64,000 nucleotides of DNA from Octopus sinensis (lineage: Eukaryota), in the NCBI RefSeq assembly GCF_006345805.1, contig NC_043008.1, forward strand, positions 13,206,001-13,270,000, read 5' to 3'. A program made the translations under genes and the position numbers. Under the pieces are notes generated by a model. It was not told where the DNA came from. It did no database searches and worked only from the letters and a program-made list of their open reading frames with translations. Positions 50,896 through 64,000 of this stretch are shown here, piece after piece. How positions within the stretch are numbered: position 1 is the first letter of the stretch; each line of letters starts with the position of its first letter.

Positions 50896-53295
50896 CTTTT
50901 TGTAATGTGTGTGTGTGAGTGTACGTCTGGGAACGAGCGTTCGTCTCAACCACGTGCTTCTAGACACAGCCCCACTGGGTTGTACCTTGGACAAATTCTT
51001 TTCTCTTACAGACCCGGTACAACAAAAGCCTTCAGAATGTATTTAATAAATGGAAAGTATAAACCGGTACGTAAATAGTTATAAACGTATGCGTGTGTCT
51101 TTGGTGTGTTTGTTTCTGCCCCACCTACACTTAACAACCTGTGTTGGTTTATTTATGTTCCATTTAACTTAGCAGTTTGACAAAAAGTGCAATATTGTAT
51201 AAGTACAAGGCTTTTAAAAAACAATAAGAACTTGGATTGATTCATTTTCCTAAACACTTACCGGTGCTCCATCATAGTCGCAGTCTAATTACTGAAATAC
51301 ACATACGAACACACACACACACATATAAATTGGTAGATAGATATACATATACATACATACACACACGCACACACATATATATAGGCTAGAGATGGGGACG
51401 ATTATTTCCCTTTGCAAAGGGCACAAGCAGTGTGTAGTTGGCCAGCTGGAGGAGATCTCTTCCTTGGGCTATAAACTACAGTAGCATCGACTCATATGGG
51501 TCAGCTATAATTGGGTGTCAAATAAACTTCACCATGTCGTGCTGCTACTGCTTACATTTCGCTCATAGATGTATTATTGCTGTATATATATTTGTAAATA
51601 AAATTTAAGTTCAAATCCTGGGGTTACATAGTTGGATATTCGGAGAATGAGTCTCGGCTACGCTATCACTAATTAGATATGTTGTTCGAAGAGCGACTGC
51701 TATGACGAGAGACAGATTTTACCCACGGGCCACAGTTTGTTTCTGACATTGAAACCCTACGTTTTGAAATTCTGATGACTATATTTGAACAATAATTGAT
51801 ATCTTGGAAGGTTTATCTTCGTTATCAATTTTGAATTTACAATTCAGTTTCGTTTTGTTTTATAAAACTTAATGAAAGACATACCGAAATAATTTTGGGC
51901 TGCCATCGTATAAAATTCTACCAAATTTTTGCATCTTAGCATGACATATGTAGGTTTTGTAAAAACTGAGAGTGTGATGTTAATGTGTTTTATCATTATA
52001 TTAAAACAAGATGGAAACTTTTCTAAATGGAATATATAGATATAAAAAAAAAAATCATTAGATGCTATATGGTAAAATACACTTAAATAATCACATTTAT
52101 ACGACACGAAAAAGACTGATTTTAACGTCAAACATATTTTTTGACGTTAATGCGAAAATATTATGAAATATGTGGGAAAAATGTAGCTCTGAAGAACGGT
52201 GCAAAACACATTGCCTTCTGTGTAGTGTTGTGATTATGTAAGGGTTTCTTTTTTCTTTAGTAAAAATCATTCAGAATCTGGGGAAGCTCTATAATTGGTA
52301 AAATTACCTCCCGACTTAAACATTTCAGTTATCTATTTTAGAAATATGAAAATAAATTGTGACCTTGAAATATTTCGAAATTAGTATGTATGATGATGTT
52401 GATGTAAACATTTCTACGAATAGGACCCTAAATAAATAATTACCGAATATATATTGATCAATATAATTTCTTTTTTTCTAACATCGCAAAAACACTGATA
52501 TAAGTTTAACTAAGCAAGTTTTATGACATCCTTATAAATCATAAATCTTACCAAAGACACTTGTTTAATGTTACAAATTTTATAGAATAAATTTTACCAC
52601 ATTTCAGAAAGTGAAATATCTAAGCAGAAATTAATGTTTCTTTAATAATTTATTAATATTGACTGAGAGAGGAAAGGTCATTGGATATGAGCGATGATTA
52701 ACGTCTCCATTTTCAGTGATAACCAGCACGGTTGAAGAACTCTTGTAGTTTTAAATGTCTTCTAGTCTTGTACATCTTTGATTTTAGTATTCATCGTTAT
52801 TCTGTTTGTTTTATTATTTCATTTCTAACATAGGAAACATGGCTACAGATTTAATGGGAATCTTAGCTGTAGATAAAATCGAACTCTGTACTTGGTGGCA
52901 GTTTAGATTATTACCCCTGGAAGGTAGGCATATTCAATCGCGCCGAGGTCAAAATTTCTCCTGTTTATTTCACAGGAGGTTGATATTATGTCGGCCACAT
53001 TCAAAGTTTGATCACATATTCTGGCTATCCAAACGTAATTAGATGTGTACCTGTGCTAGATATCATTATTGTTTTAATGGACTCTGTGTTAATGCTTTCC
53101 AAGTTTGAACACCGGTAGAGTGTATAAGACAGTAACAAAGGAATATAAGTGTCAATATTTATTATATGTGTATTCATATTTCGTGATCGAAACCCACATG
53201 GGTTTTGTTTTTCATCCATCGAGAATTAAAATATAAATATAACAGCTATGCTATTAGACAGCACTTATAGTATTGTTCGTACGTTAGTAGTATTA

Positions 53296-53680
53296 GGAAG
53301 CACTCCGTCGGTCACGACGACGAGGGTTCCGGTTGATCCGAATCAACGGAACAGCCTGCTCGTGAAATTAACGTGTAAGTGGCTGAGCACTCCAAAGACA
53401 CGTGTACCCTTAACGTAGTTCTCGGGGATACTCAGCGTGACACAGAGAGTGACAAGGCCGGCCCCTTGAAATACAGGTACAACAGAAACAGGAAGTAAGA
53501 GTGAGAGAAAGCTGCGTTGAAAGAGTAGAGCAGGGATCACCACCATCCCCTGCCGGTGCCTCGTGGAGCTTTAGGTATTTTCGCTCAATAAACACTCACA
53601 ACGCCCGGTGTGGGAATCGAAACCGCGATCCTATGACCGTGAGTCCGCTGCCCTGACCACTGGGCCATTGCGCCTCCACA
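53296..53680 (-). mobile_element. SINE family B with 12-bp TSD (1 mismatch)
   Basis: Reverse complement of 17388-17773; TTAGTAGTATTA at 53284 and TTAGTGGTATTA at 53681. Confidence 0.93.
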
Positions 53681-54477
53681 TTAGTGGTATTAACGTTATA
53701 ATGTATATAACTATTTAGACAGACTCATTCATTTGATTCCTTGGTGGAACAATTCATTTAATAAACAGCATACGGTCTTTTCAGTGTTATAAGAGAGAGA
53801 TTGCAATGTCATGTAGACGTAAAATAACAAAAGAAGGTTAAGCCGCGAATCCTGTAGCCATAAACTGAGCAAGTTTGATAAATAATTAATACTTGACACT
53901 TAGGTGGAAAAGACGCTCGGTGTATGACCGTGTCATAGAAACCGCAAGCACGTATATGGATACGCTTCTGAATATATTTATTCATATAAATCGATTCACA
54001 CACAACATCAGCTCATATGCAAATAGGCCTAAACGCACTCAGACGCACACATACACACAACGTACACTTAAATATTCAAACACCCTGGTCGTTGCTGGAG
54101 TGCTTTTGACCTTCTATGTTTATTTAGTGTCAGTTGACTTAGGGCCAAATAATAAAAAAAATATGCTCTACATATATTTTGTTTTAAAACAACACGTATA
54201 TATTTCCTCCTGTTTTTATTAATAATGCTTAACTTTAAGGAAATTTCAATATAACATCATCGATTGTTCCTTTTTAGTCGGACGGAAAACAAAACGACCT
54301 CTTAATTTACCTGACATTGCAAATGAAAATGTTCAGAACTGAGCCAGAAATGCAAACGGCAAAATATAGTAAGGATAATATGAAATGAAAAAAAAGAATA
54401 ATGTTCGCATTTTATATCACTGCTTTTACTGATACCCTAGAATTGTTTGCCTTCTATTTACCTATAACATGTGTATA

Positions 54478-55015
54478 CGCACAGGCGTGGCTGTGTGGTA
54501 AGGAGCTTGCTTTCCAACCGTGTGATTATGGGTTCAGTCCCACTGCGTAGTACGTTCGGAAAATGCTTTCTATTTAGCCTCGGGCCGACCAAAGCATTGT
54601 GATTTGGTTGGAGGGAACTGAAAGAATCCTGTTGTATATATATATGCGTGTGTTTTTGTGTCTGTGTTTGCCCGCCCCCCTCCCCCACCATCGCTTGACA
54701 ACTGATGTTTGTGTGCTTACGTCCCCGTAACATAGCTGAAGCATTGTATCTCTCTTCCTGGTCATGAATGTAATGACAATGTAATTGATGGTCGCCTTTT
54801 TCTCTTGTAGGCTATAGGTGTTAAAGAACTCACACGGTCTATATATATATATATACAGCTGTGGCTGTAAGGTAAGAGGTTCGCTTCCCAATCACTTCGT
54901 TCTGCGTTGTGTGCTACCACATGGCACTTTGGCACGAACTTTTATTATAGACTTGGGCTGACCAAAACCCCTTGAATGGAAGTGGTAGACGGAAACACAA
55001 AGAAGCCTGTCGTAC
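54478..55015 (+). mobile_element. Two partial SINE family A copies (54478-54735, 54855-55015)
   Basis: GGCTGTGTGGTAAG..GGTTCAGTCCCACTGCG..GGCCGACCAAAGC; second copy more diverged. Confidence 0.75.
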
Positions 55016-56142
55016 ATATATATCTATATTTTATATATACATATTTATATATATGTGTGAGCATGTATGTATGTATGCATGGATATCTATGTATGAAAGT
55101 TTTCGTGTGTACTTTGGGGATACAAAATATGTGAAATTAAAAGCGCAAAGTAATTCGACAGTAGTATTACCAATACCTGTATGTTTGACACGCAGATATC
55201 AATCGCGAGATGTGTGTAAAAGGGAGAATATGAAGGAATGTGAGCACCAAAGACAATGGAATAGACTGGGAAAAAGACTAAACGAATAAGAGAAAGAAAA
55301 TAAAGGAAAGAGGAAACGCCAAAGAGAAAAGAACGAAATATAATTTATTTGCAGACAAACACTCAACATTATGGAGAATAATGGAATGAACAAACGGTTG
55401 TCTGGAGGCGAGATCAGGTGTTATACAAAATATTAAGAAATATTGTGTGAGACAGGAATGTAACATGTTATAGCCAAAAGTGTTATGAGATTGTTGCGTA
55501 TAAAGATAACAAATTTGGAGGAATACATGATTGCTACGTACATAAAAATATATGGCACGATCGAAATAGTTAAATTACATTTATGATAAATTTCGAGCTG
55601 TTTAATTTGTCTTTTTTTAAGCACCTAAATTTAGATATTAAATGGAAAGCATTGAATCAAAAGGAGGGCTTTGCATCAAAAGGAAAGCATTAGACCCCCC
55701 AAAAAACATAGGCTATATTTGACGGTTGTGAGTTCGATATACATATACTTCTGAGAAATTAGGAATATTCTATCATCGAGATTTTTTCAACAAACACGGT
55801 TAACAATTTGCCGTTTTGTAATTCTTCAGAAAATAAATATTTGCATACAAGATCATTTATTCAAATCATTACCACACTGGCAGGGTATTACTAAATTTTA
55901 ACAGGAATATAAATCACAGTATAATGGTGAATTATATATGATTTTGCATTATCAAATATTACTAATTTGAATTGCTATTACAGTAATTAATCTCGCAGTA
56001 TCATGTATCTTTTCATCGATATACTTCTTCCTTAATAATCATGTCTCCCATGATAGAATCGATCAAATTTGTATGTCCAAATAAATTTAGATATCTATGG
56101 TGACATGTGACATATTCATACTTGTATCTGCATGTATATATA

Positions 56143-56186
<44 letters not shown>

Positions 56187-56243
56187 TACAGAGAGAGAGA
56201 CAGAGATTGTGAGAGATTTACATATACATGCATATAGATGCAC

Positions 56244-56298
<55 letters not shown>

Positions 56299-56976
56299 TA
56301 CACACATATTGCGTGCTATATACGAGGTTAAAAAGGAAAATTATTTTCTAATCAATGTCCGAGTCTCTATTTGCTGTCCGGCAATGTTTATTCAGACGCA
56401 TTTTGTGATGTCGCGACTGAACCTGAATCCGTGTTGTTGGGAAGCAAATTTCTGACAGCCACACAACACACATATCTGACAGAAGCGTAAATATGTATAC
56501 AGATAACGTATTCAGCCATTCACTCAGAAGATAGTTCTTTGAAACTATATTTGCTTATGTTATGTGAATATCCATTAAAGATACGGAAACGTTCTTATTT
56601 GTCAGCTAATGCTTCGTTAATCGCTTTTAACTATATATTACCATAGATATTATCTAAAGTCGTAGATGTACGCGTGATTATATTTTCGCTGTGATAAATA
56701 TCACAATATTACATTATGCCATCGCAATCTACTCAGGTGAGAAAATACAATGTGGTATTATTTCTTAGATTAGTAAAATGCTATTATCATTAAGGATTTG
56801 TTTCTCGGAATGGTGAGGCTATGAATATGGTTTGAAGATCAAATTTTGTTAGTGGTATATAATATAGGTGTTAATTTATATGAAACACTCTAAGCTTGTT
56901 TCTGTTTATTTCCTGTGAACCTCAGTTGTATTACTAGTTTATGACTTCACTTGCACGTCATTATTAATACAGTTCC

Positions 56977-57164
56977 ATATTTAAGAGATGAGGAATTACG
57001 TACACTATTTACATTATTTACACTCGACAGATATTTGTCCTCTTATTGTTTGTTGTTAATACAACGTTTCGGCTGATATACCTTCCAGCCTTCTTCTGGT
57101 GTCTTGGGGAAATTTCGAACCTCGGTTCTCATTTCTAAGGTATTTTTCGATGTTATATTATTAA

Positions 57165-57204
<40 letters not shown>

Positions 57205-57520
57205 TATTATTATTATTATTATTATATTATTGTTCAGATCACTGCTTCGTATTGATTCGAAGCAGTGACGTGAACAATTATAATAATAATAATCATAATA
57301 ATCATAATAATAATAGTAATAATAATAATAATAATAATAATATTAATAATATAACATCGAAGATTACCTTAGGAATAAGAACCCAGGTTTGAAATTTCCC
57401 CAAGACACCTGAGGAAGGCTGGAGGGTATATCAGCCGAAACGTTGTGTTAACTACAAACAAAATGTGGACAAATATCCATCGAATGTAAATAAAGTAAAT
57501 AATGTAAATAATGTAAATAA
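56977..57520. mobile_element. Head-to-head fold-back of two tRNA-head/(TAA)n/hammerhead elements
   Basis: Arms ~57005-57250 and ~57257-57520 are reverse complements; centre TGTTCAGATCACTGCTTCG/CGAAGCAGTGACGTGAACA; (ATT)n and (AAT)n tracts mirror each other. Confidence 0.9.
57404..57449 (+). ncRNA. Minimal type-I hammerhead ribozyme (Penelope-type variant), predicted
   Basis: Stem I GACAC/GTGTT; core CTGAGGA (CUGANGA) plus an extra A; stem II GGCTG-10 nt-CAGCC; GAAA; palindromic AACGTT stem III; predicted GUU cleavage after 57444. Confidence 0.7.
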
Positions 57521-58269
57521 TTTCATAATTGATATTTTAAAGTTGAATATTTCATCGGTATTTCATAACTGATTACACACATAAGGCTAAAATAATATTG
57601 TTTATGTTGTCAAGATATATCTGTATAAAATGCCATGGTTAGTCATTCTGTATTCGTGCGTTTCTCCCCTCCCTCACTGTGTATGGCTATGCGTATGCAT
57701 TTACGTATATAACTATTGCTTTTTGTATAAACTCAGATAAACTTAGATATGTTTCGACCAAAGATTGGTCCAGGCCATGTCTGACTTAATAGCACCACCT
57801 GTGTAACATAACTTCCACTCACAGTAAATACATATGTAGGGAAATAATTTGTTTAACGATATTTTTCACTAAAATGAATTGAAAGCAGTGCTCCAGCAAG
57901 GCCATAGTAAAATTGCAAAAACAGCCGTAAAGAAAGAAATCATAATGATAGACACATTCTTATAATGATATCACAATTCTCAATCAACACATTATCTCAC
58001 CTATACGCATAATTGTACGTTGATTTTAAGCTGCAACATTTTTGGTGATCATTCGATGAACAAGGCGTTACTTGATTGCAGCCCTTCAGGGAATACTTTT
58101 GAATTAGACGCTGGAATTACACTTTGCAATCTCTATTTTATTCAATCCGTCCATTAGTACAAATTGTCGAAGCTGTTAATTTTAACCAGGATACAGAACA
58201 ATCGTTTACAATAACATTCGAAATGTTCGTGCCGCACACCTTCATTATTGTTAGGATAATATAATGGAG

Positions 58270-58615
58270 TGTGGAGGCCCAATGGCCCAGTGGGGCCCAG
58301 ACCGGGCGTTGTGAGTGTTTATTGAGCGAAAACACCTAAAAGCTCCACGAGGCTCCGGTAGGGGATGGTGGTGATCCCTGCTGTACTCTTTCACCACAAC
58401 TTTCTCTCACTCTTACTTCCTGTTTCTGTTGTACCTATATTTCAAAGGGCCGGCCTTGTCACTCTCTGTGTCACGCTGAATATCCCCGAGAACTACGTTA
58501 AGGGTACACGTTTCTGTGGAGTGCTCAGCCACTTACACGTTAATTTCACGAGCAGGCTGTTCCGTTGATTCGGATCAACCGGAACCTTCATCGTCGTAAC
58601 CGACGGAGTGCTTCC
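58270..58615 (+). mobile_element. SINE family B with deletion inside the tRNA head
   Basis: CCCAGTGG is joined to GGCCCAGACCGGG; the ~40 nt including the B-box are missing. Confidence 0.9.
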
Positions 58616-58987
58616 GAGGGATGTTGCGTTATTTACAAATTTATTTCTTGATAATTATATCTTTGTGTAGCTGTTTATCATATAACTATAATTATACATA
58701 AATTAAAATAACTCATGCTTAGAAATGAATATAATCCAAGCAAGGCAATAAGGAATATCGTTTGCTGTTCAGAGATGAGAGAATGGCCAACGTTTCGACC
58801 AGGTTATTTCATTTAGCATATTTGCTTTCCTGCTAATTCGAATTGAAACTTAGTGCTTTCTCTTTCACAAATTTCTTGTATTTGATTGTAAGATATGTTG
58901 TATTGTGTATAAGACATATGCATTGCAAGGAATATTCAAATTTTGGAATCTGGATGTCATTAGTGTAATGATTCTAAGAACAATCTA

Positions 58988-59403
58988 AGGTGGCGAGCTG
59001 GCAGAAACGTTAGCATGCCGGGCGAAATGAGTAGCCGTATTTCGTCTGCCGTTACGTTCTGAGTTCAAATTCCGCCGAGGTCGACTTTGCCTTTCATCCT
59101 TTCGGGGTCGATAAATTAAGTACCAGTTACGCACTGGGGTCGATGTAATCGACTTAATCCCTTTGCCTGTCCTTGTTTTACCCCTCTGTGTTTAGCCTCT
59201 TGTGGGTACTAAAGAATTTGGTAATTCGTCTGCCGCTACGTTTTGACTTCAAATTCCGCCGAGGTCGTCTTTGCCTTTCATCCTTTCGGGGTCGATAAAT
59301 TAAGTACTAGTTACGCACTGGGGTCGATGTAATCGACTTAATCTGTTGTGTGTCTGTTCTCGTTTGTCCCCTCTGTATTTAGCCCCTTGTGGGTAGTAAA
59401 AAA
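58988..59403 (+). mobile_element. SINE family D dimer (full unit + partial-head unit, both tail type 1)
   Basis: Two CAAATTCCGCCGAGGTCG..GGGGTCGATAAATTAAGTAC..TTAGCC.CTTGTGGGTA blocks. Confidence 0.93.
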
Positions 59404-60977
59404 GTAGATTTTCAGACTGATCAACATCGTCGCCATAATTGACAATACTTACCCCAATAGCACAAACACAATCGCCACATCTCTTCTATCACCATCTTTA
59501 CAATCACCACTATTTTCCTATCTATAATTTTCATTGCGACGATGAATAAAGACACTGCGGAGCATATTGTTATTTACTCTTAAATTTCAAATATAACTAT
59601 TGAAAGCAATGCTAATCTGATTCAATCATAACTGCTAGCCTAATCTACGTCAGCATCCAAAGTGTTTATCAAATTCACTTGCCACCTATCTCAAAATACC
59701 TCGTTTAGAACATTAGAAAGTATCACAGACAATCAGTTCGTTCCTGCTACCGAGCAATGTTTACACCCGAAATATTATATTACCATAATGCACTCTGTGC
59801 TTATTTATTATTATAGAAACAAAACATTTCGTATCGATAGCAGTATTTTTATTTCTAGTTATGCCTACTAACATTGTTTGAATGCTCGAAATGTTCTGTT
59901 CATGGACTCCTAGTGCAGCAATCTGCTAGGCTGAAGTTCTAATTGGTGCATTATTGGTGCATTATTAACTATGGTGTGCCAAGAAAGATGAACGAACAAA
60001 AGCCACGTATTCCATTGCGAATAATAATTGTGCCGAGAGAAAGACGTTTTATATATTTACACAATCCGTGCAATTTTCCATGAATCTTTTATTTGTACAC
60101 GTACAAACATACATACATATATATATACATACGTGGATACATACGTATATACATGCAAAAACACACAGCTATATCTATGCATATTCATATACATACAAAT
60201 ACATCTGTGCATATATACATACATACATACATATATATATATATATACATCGAGAGAGAGAGAGTTCAGGAGGGTCATTACGCGAATAATAAACGAGCAC
60301 ACTGATTATGTTTTACTTCTTTGATCGGTTGAGTATTTAACTAATTTACCATTAGATTATGTTTGGCAAATTTCTTCTGTCGTTATTCGCTCCTCTTCAA
60401 TAATATGCTGCATCTAGACCAGATCAAAACTGAAAAATAATTACTGAAAAATAATGACAGAATTGGGGAGAAGCTCATTGTAGACTAAAGTGCGTTTTCA
60501 GTACCTCAACGACAAGCAAAACTCCAGGTGAAGCAATCTCAAAACAGAAACACCATATTGTTCACCCATACCCCTAACCCATCTCTTTTAAAAGAGATAT
60601 CATGATTGGAAGCATACAAAAGTATGTTTCTCTTTGTACTTTAAATTAATCCAATGTGCATAGATTACTTTAATGAAAAGCATGAATATGCTTAAACTTC
60701 ATCATTATATAATAACTTCTCCGGAATTCATTTTTTACAGTTTACGGAGTAAATACACAACGCCGATATTGTGTGTATAATATGCGGTAACATTGGAATT
60801 CCATTGTAACTGTTGTGCGATTACGGTGAAAAGAAAATTCTCAATATATTCGATGAAAAAATATCTTTAGCTATTGTTTGATTTTTTTGTGCATCTTCTG
60901 TGTAAAAGAACAAATTTCAAGCATGAAAGAATAAGTAATGTTTTTCAGTATACATACACTGAAACGTTTCATAAATG

Positions 60978-61026
<49 letters not shown>

Positions 61027-62030
61027 ATATGTGTGTGTGTGTGTTTGTGTGTGTCTTCTACGAGAGCCTGTTTACCGTGTTCTCTTCACTGAGGATCTGG
61101 TTGGGTTGACTGCTCGAGTTCTTCAACCAGATGAGGAGGTATCTCGAGAATTTGGGGACTAGTTGAGACCATACTCAAAGAACCACTCGGGAGGACCCAA
61201 TAATAGACCGACAAATTGGGAATACAGCAACCCGCAGCAACGGTGAACGCCCCCTACATATATATAATATATTTAAATATACATATATATATATATATAT
61301 AAATTGGTGTACATATCTATACAAAAATGAGGTGAACGCAGCTTGTATCAATCTTTCAAGCAACTGTTTACTCTATCCTATTCCATTTATGTGAAATGGA
61401 GTCAAACTGTGAACTCCACGCCTACACAAATGATGCCCTTGGGAGAAATCTTGTTTTGTTTAGCATTATGGCAACCAGAAGAAACATTTTAGATTTTATG
61501 TGCATACAATGGCTACTTTTCCTTTTATAGTCATACGTGTTTTAGACCTTGTGGGTATCTCTTCATAAGTGTTTCGTCAATTTAAAAAGCTTCAATTTTA
61601 ACATCACTATCAACATATTCATTAATTCTTGCATTCTATGGCGGGCCATTCAGTGAAAAATTATATGTTTCAATGAAGTTACACGTGTCAGAATCGGTAA
61701 TAGGCTCAATGAATAGTTGTTGCGGGGAGCGTCCATCAATACCACATTTTTATGTTTGAAAATAAGTGCAATTCTCCCGCAGGAGTGAGAAGCCACATCC
61801 GTGATATTCGTATTTCAGAGAACAATCAAGTGAGGGCATTGCGCGAAATCATGCTACATCCTCCATAATTATACCTGTGTGCTTGTGAGTGTTTGTGTGT
61901 ACGTGTTTGTAATGATGCCTGCAGTAATATACACACATAGACACACACATATACGCACATATAATGAGGTGATAATATAATCTTAGCTATCACCACATTC
62001 AAATTCTTGATTATATACAAACATACATGC

Positions 62031-62063
<33 letters not shown>

Positions 62064-62814
62064 AATTTCAATAATGAGGGTGATTAATTGAATATTAATT
62101 TAATTAACGTAAGTAAAATCGTTAATGACGAAACCTGTCTACGATTAATTCTTTATTTTGTATATTTTTATCTGCCTTACCCGCTTAGGTTCTGGTGTTT
62201 GCTGAATTTCTCTAGAGAACATTAATTTCTTTGTGGTTAGATCGTAGGTGGTCTTCTTCTAGCATAATGGATGTCCACTTAGTGGTCATCGCCCCTTATA
62301 CGCATATATATACGCATACATATATGTATATATATATATATCGTACGCCTAGGTTCGCGCGTGTTTCTATGTATGCATTAACATTGCAGTGTATAAGCCT
62401 ATGTTTTTGCCTGTGTGCCTATCTTTTAATCAATATCTCAGCTTTTCTCTATTGTCGATATGCATCTATTTGTATTGCGTGGATTCGAAAATTTAATTGG
62501 AAGTAAAATTATAATTTTGTTGATTCATTTAATGTTATGACCAAAAATTAATTGAAGATTATGAATTAATGATTAAGAATGTAAGAATTAAGTAAACATA
62601 CAACATTATCAGAAAATTAAAAATCTAATGAGAATAATTTACAAATGAATTGCCGAGAATTTAGGAGATTGTGGCAAGGTCATACTGTAGGTGTAATTGA
62701 AGGGAATATAAAAAAAATTATCTAATCTTCTCTGCACTTCACCAAATAGAGAGCAAACAATTATATTATAACGTGCATGATTGTATGAATGCCTGCCTAA
62801 AGATATAACTGTTA

Positions 62815-63222
62815 CTCTTTTTCTCTTTTACTCTTTTACTTGTTTCAGTCATTTTGACTGCGGCCATGCTGGAGCACCGCCTTTAGTCGAGCAAATCGAC
62901 CCCGGGACTTATTCTTTGTAAGCCCTGTGCTTATTCTATCGGTCTCTTTTGCCGAACCGCTAAGTGACGGGGACGTAAACACACCAGCATCGTTTGTCAA
63001 ACAATGCTAGGGGGACAAACACAGACACACAAACACACACACACACATATACATATATACGACAGGCTTCTTTCAGTTTCCGTCTACCAAATCCACTCAC
63101 AATGCATTGGTCGTCCCGGGGCTATAGCAGAAGACACTTGCCCAAGATGCCACGCAGTGGGACTGAACCCGGAACCATGTGGTTGGTTAGCAAGCTACTT
63201 ACCAGACAGCCACTCCTGAGCC
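62815..63222 (-). mobile_element. SINE family A, full length
   Basis: Reverse complement of the 26194 and 41762 copies. Confidence 0.95.
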
Positions 63223-63289
63223 TGTTAACGTAAGTTTGTGTGTATAAATTGTAAAAATTTAAAAAATTCTGTGTATATTTTTATTTATT

Positions 63290-63597
63290 TATGCGCCCTT
63301 TTTCAAGCCTAGCCAGGCTCATGAGCCCGGTTTCCCGGTTTCTGTGGCGTGTGTGTTCCCCCCAGCTGGACGGGACGCCAGTCCATCGCAGCGTTGCTCC
63401 AGAAACAGGAAGAGAGAGTGAGAGAAAGTTGGGGCAAAATAGTACAACAGGGGTCGCCACCACCTTCTGCGGGAGCCTTGTGGAGCTTTTAGGTGTTTTC
63501 GCTCAATAAACACACACAACGCCCGGTCTGGGAATCAAAACTGTGATCCTCCGACCGCGAGTCCGCTGCCCTAACCACTGGGCTATTGCTCTTCCAC
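63290..63597 (-). mobile_element. SINE with family B head and a different 3' module
   Basis: B head and body on minus (63400-63597), then a module containing CCCAGCTGGACGGGACGCCAGTCCATCGCAG (plus strand) that the other B copies lack. Confidence 0.8.
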
Positions 63598-63749
63598 TTC
63601 TGTGTATATATTCATATGAATATGCGATCAAGTATATTTATGTTTGTCATATTGATATGTTAAGTGTTAATCTAAGTCACTACAATATATATTCTGCTCC
63701 GAAACATAGATTCACGCCAGCATGCACTCACATACAAGCGTTTTTTTTG

Positions 63750-64000
63750 TTTGTTCGTATGTATGCATATATGCATGCATGCATACATGTATGTATGTAT
63801 GTATGTATGTATGTATGTATGTATGTATGTATGTATGTATGTATGTATGCATGTATGCATGCATGCATGTATGTATGCATGTATGTATGCTTGTGTATGT
63901 ATGTATGTATGTATGTATGTATGTATGTATGTATGTATGTATGTATGTATGTGTGTATGTATGTATGTATGTATGCATGTATGCATGCATGCATGTATGT
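63750..64000. repeat. (ATGT)n/(ATGC) tetranucleotide microsatellite
   Basis: Direct reading; runs to the window end. Confidence 0.98.

Noticed and set aside
61070-61130. CTGAGGA followed by an 8-bp stem as a hammerhead
   Set aside because: The stem TCTGGTTG/CAACCAGA is followed by TGAGGAG rather than GAAA, and there is no stem I/III.

Overview
AT-rich, microsatellite-saturated eukaryotic DNA, most likely intronic or intergenic, with no identifiable host gene. The repeat landscape (several tRNA-derived SINE families with internal microsatellites, dense (TA)n/(CA)n/(TAA)n/(ATGT)n tracts) looks like an Octopus/coleoid cephalopod genome; that is recognition by eye, not a database result. Almost all ORFs in the supplied track are microsatellite artefacts. 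Real protein-coding signal is all transposon-derived: a full-length DD34D mariner (12033-13323, frameshifted near the C-terminus), an internally deleted mariner (15110-15681), a 5'-truncated RTE-clade LINE with an uninterrupted 581-aa RT ORF (46.3-48.0 kb), a decayed RTE fragment (28.4-29.2 kb, minus), and two R4/Dong-clade fragments (2.3-3.0 kb; 44.5-45.1 kb inside (TAA)n). The most interesting structures are: (i) a non-coding element built as tRNA-like Pol III head + (TAA)n + minimal Penelope-type hammerhead ribozyme + tail, present twice (31.5 kb, 57.0-57.5 kb) and both times in fold-back form; (ii) a 2.7-kb double fold-back at 38.7-41.4 kb made of a 10-bp-phased AACCGGTT array and inverted arrays of an exact 90-bp unit; (iii) the RTE carrying an inverted copy of its own 3' end at its 5' junction; (iv) a SINE flanked by a ~143-bp direct duplication. 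All coordinates were read by hand and may be off by a few bases.
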